DNA of 64,000 bases from an uncultured delta proteobacterium. Its GTDB lineage: Bacteria > Desulfobacterota > Binatia > Binatales > Binataceae. The notes beneath the pieces are model-generated. The model did not search any database and was not told where the DNA came from. It saw nothing but the letters and a program-made list of their open reading frames with translations. Positions 61,731-64,000 of this stretch are shown one piece after another (the stretch's first letter is position 1; each line of letters starts with the position of its first letter). The position numbers were made by a program, and so were the translations under genes. The DNA is taken from contig CAWJET010000001.1 in NCBI GenBank assembly GCA_963842085.1, positions 64,001 through 128,000 of the forward strand. Reading direction: 5' to 3'.

Positions 61731-62853
61731 CGAAATAGCTTCGCTCTGGATGGAAGGCACGATGCGTACGCTCGACGCGTTTCGCACCGGCTTCGGCACC
61801 GCCATGGACGACCCTCCGCCCGCCACGCGCTCGCACGTCATCTACGAGTCGGGCCTCGTGCGGCTGCGCCACTACGAGGCGCGCGGCGCCAACAAAAGAC
61901 GCGTGCCCCTGCTGCTCATCTACTCGCTCATCAAGCGCCCCTTCATCCTCGACCTGCAGCCCGGCCGCAGCGTCGTCGAGTACCTGGTCAAACAAGGCTT
62001 CGACGTTTACCTGATCGATTGGATTCCGCCCCGCGCCGACGACAAATGGCGCGGCTTCGACGCTTACGTAAACACCGATATCGCCAACGCCGTCCGCGCC
62101 ATCCAGATTTACACCGGCGTCGAGCAGATCTCGATCCTCGGCTACTGCTTCGGCGCGCTGCTGGGCTTGCTCTACAGCGCGCTGCACCGCGACAACGTGA
62201 AAACCCTCGTTTCCCTGACGATTCCGCTCGATACCAGCGTGCGCCAGTTGCCAATCGAGCACCTGACGGCCGCGATGACTGCGCGCAGCGCCCGCACGAT
62301 CGTCGAGACGTACGGCAACGCGCCCGCCTGGATGATCTACTCGTTCTTCAACACACTGGCGCCTACCCACCATCTGCTCGACAAGTTCGTCGGCGCCTAC
62401 CGCACCAGCTCCGCGCGCCCGGGTTACATCGACACCTTCCGGCTGTTCGAGCGATGGCTCCATAGCGACGTGCCGATGGCCGGTCAAATCTTTCTCGAGA
62501 CCGGCGAGATGTGGCGCGAGAACTCGCTGATGAAAGGCACGATGAAAGTCGGCGACACCGTCGCGGACCTGACGCGCGTCGCATGCCCACTGCTCAACGT
62601 CATCGGCGACCGCGACGACATCGTCAATCCCCTGTCGAGCGAGCCGTTGCCCGAACTCGTGTCGAGCGACGACAAGCAGAATCTGCACTATCCGACCGGC
62701 CATATGGGCGCGGCGATCAGCGCCGACTCGCTCAAGCGGCTGTGGCCGCAAATCGCGAATTGGTTGAGTGCGCGCGATGACTGGGAACTTAAAATCGCCG
62801 GTTTCGTCGCGTTCGCGACCAAAGAAACGGGCAAAATCGGCTTCAATGGCTAA
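61717..62853 (+). CDS. phaC: Class III/IV-like PHA synthase subunit
   Basis: SLIKRPFILDLQPGRS, lipase box GYCFG, Asp in DDIV, His in GHMG. Confidence 0.8.
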   Translation: MSAISEIASLWMEGTMRTLDAFRTGFGTAMDDPPPATRSHVIYESGLVRLRHYEARGANKRRVPLLLIYSLIKRPFILDLQPGRSVVEYLVKQGFDVYLIDWIPPRADDKWRGFDAYVNTDIANAVRAIQIYTGVEQISILGYCFGALLGLLYSALHRDNVKTLVSLTIPLDTSVRQLPIEHLTAAMTARSARTIVETYGNAPAWMIYSFFNTLAPTHHLLDKFVGAYRTSSARPGYIDTFRLFERWLHSDVPMAGQIFLETGEMWRENSLMKGTMKVGDTVADLTRVACPLLNVIGDRDDIVNPLSSEPLPELVSSDDKQNLHYPTGHMGAAISADSLKRLWPQIANWLSARDDWELKIAGFVAFATKETGKIGFNG

Positions 62854-62908
62854 CGTTAGTAAACCAACCGGCGGACTCGAGTCGCGCCGACAATCAGGAG
62901 AAGAGGCA

Positions 62909-63169
62909 ATGGCAGAAAAAGAAAATGGTTCCGTGTTCGAGGGTTTTCCCAGCAATCTGTTGAGCGTCGAGGGCGCCAAGAAGTTCGCCGCGTGGTACAT
63001 CGACACCAGCGAAAAAGTCGCCAAGCAGGCGATCGAGTTCCAGGAATCGGCGACCAAGTGGGCCAAGGAAACTCCGCTCGCGCCGATCTTCGATGCGCAA
63101 ATCGAGTATGGCAAGAAGTTCGTCGAGCGCTCCGCCAACGCCGCGCGATCCCTCTGGCGTCTGGAATAA
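62909..63169 (+). CDS. Small helical protein, possible phasin
   Basis: AGGAG-type SD upstream; amphipathic helix; follows phaC. Confidence 0.55.
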   Translation: MAEKENGSVFEGFPSNLLSVEGAKKFAAWYIDTSEKVAKQAIEFQESATKWAKETPLAPIFDAQIEYGKKFVERSANAARSLWRLE

Positions 63170-63335
63170 CCTGGCAGCACAGGGTTAGGTTTGCTCGCGC
63201 CCTCCTTCCGGCGCACTTCTCCTAAATACCTGAGTGCATGGCCTCTCCCTGACCAGCAGGGAGAGGCCGCGCCGACTCCTCGAGGCGTGGCCGAGGGTCC
63301 GCTTTTGACGACGCCCTGCTTCGCCGAGTTGTCGG

Positions 63336-64000
63336 TTATCGAGGTGCTGATCGCGCGAGATCCGCGCTCGATGACGAGGCGGCGCGCTGCTTGAAGCCCT
63401 TTAGTATTATGTCGGCGAGCACGCCGTAGTTGCCGTCGAAATGATGCCCGCCGTTGCGGCGATAGGTCTCAACGCCTCGCAACGCCAGGGCGGGGCATGC
63501 CGAATCCCGTTCGTCCGACCCGTAGAAGCACTGCATCAATCGCGGCGGAATCTTGTCGGCTTGCGGCAACGCCGCAATCGCGTCTGCGCCCGGCGGCTCG
63601 CCCAGCCACCCGCGCACCGTGATTTCAAAATCCGCCGTCTTCGAAAATGCCAGCAGCGCGATCAATGCAACATGCGCCCGCAAATTCTCCGGCAGCCGAT
63701 TGTACGCGAACGGCATGACATCCGCGCCAAACGAATAGCCGATCAACGCCACCTCGTCGGTGTGCCATTTGGCCATGAACGTCTGGATTATCGCCGCGAC
63801 CACGCTCGCCGTCTGCTCCGGCGTTTTCTTGCTCCAGAAATATCGCAGGCAGTCCAGGCCAACCACCGGCACGCCTTGCCGCTGAAGGTCTTCCGCGATC
63901 GTCTTGTCCAGGTCCCGCCATCCACCGTCCCCCGACAGCACTACCGCCATCAGCTTGCCCGGATGTTCAACCGGCAGTTCGGCCAACGGCAGTCCGGAAA
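63336..64000 (-). CDS. AcvB/VirJ family lysyl-phosphatidylglycerol hydrolase, 5' end outside window
   Basis: SGDGGWRDLD, GYSFGAD, GGHHFDG. Confidence 0.9.
   Translation of the reverse strand, partial: SGLPLAELPVEHPGKLMAVVLSGDGGWRDLDKTIAEDLQRQGVPVVGLDCLRYFWSKKTPEQTASVVAAIIQTFMAKWHTDEVALIGYSFGADVMPFAYNRLPENLRAHVALIALLAFSKTADFEITVRGWLGEPPGADAIAALPQADKIPPRLMQCFYGSDERDSACPALALRGVETYRRNGGHHFDGNYGVLADIILKGFKQRAASSSSADLARSAPR

Overview
GC-rich bacterial chromosome segment. Gene content (LLM and PPOX-class oxidoreductases, CoA transferase, several enoyl-CoA hydratases, a small 'AAALALV.WY..MPP' protein) resembles Ca. Binatia/Binatota; this is inference only. Bases 1-7568 look like the right end of an integrated island. 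It carries an ECF sigma factor, small secreted proteins, an IS3-truncated Ser/Thr kinase with a WNK-like lysine swap, and NUDIX/GNAT/GFA/AraC cargo, and it ends at a 5'-half tRNA-Arg(CCT) preceded by arm-type repeats. The rest is mostly core genome: ilvD, an ABC exporter, tRNA-Arg(ACG), pstCAB-phoU-phoB-phoR, serS, yraN, gatCAB, tldD/pmbA, ravA-like/recO, nfeD/SPFH, udg, coaBC, ino1, mrp, a Crp regulator facing a PHA synthase cluster, and partial acvB/virJ. The most notable unexplained structures are: (i) a single-ORF cassette between yraN and serS flanked by a perfect 54-bp duplication of the serS RBS and start; (ii) a dispersed multi-hairpin intergenic element with compensatory base changes; (iii) AT-rich-codon patches in core genes next to small accessory genes; (iv) two CooA-type boxes matching the R-Q recognition helix of the Crp protein. 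All calls come from reading motifs by eye; no database searches were run.
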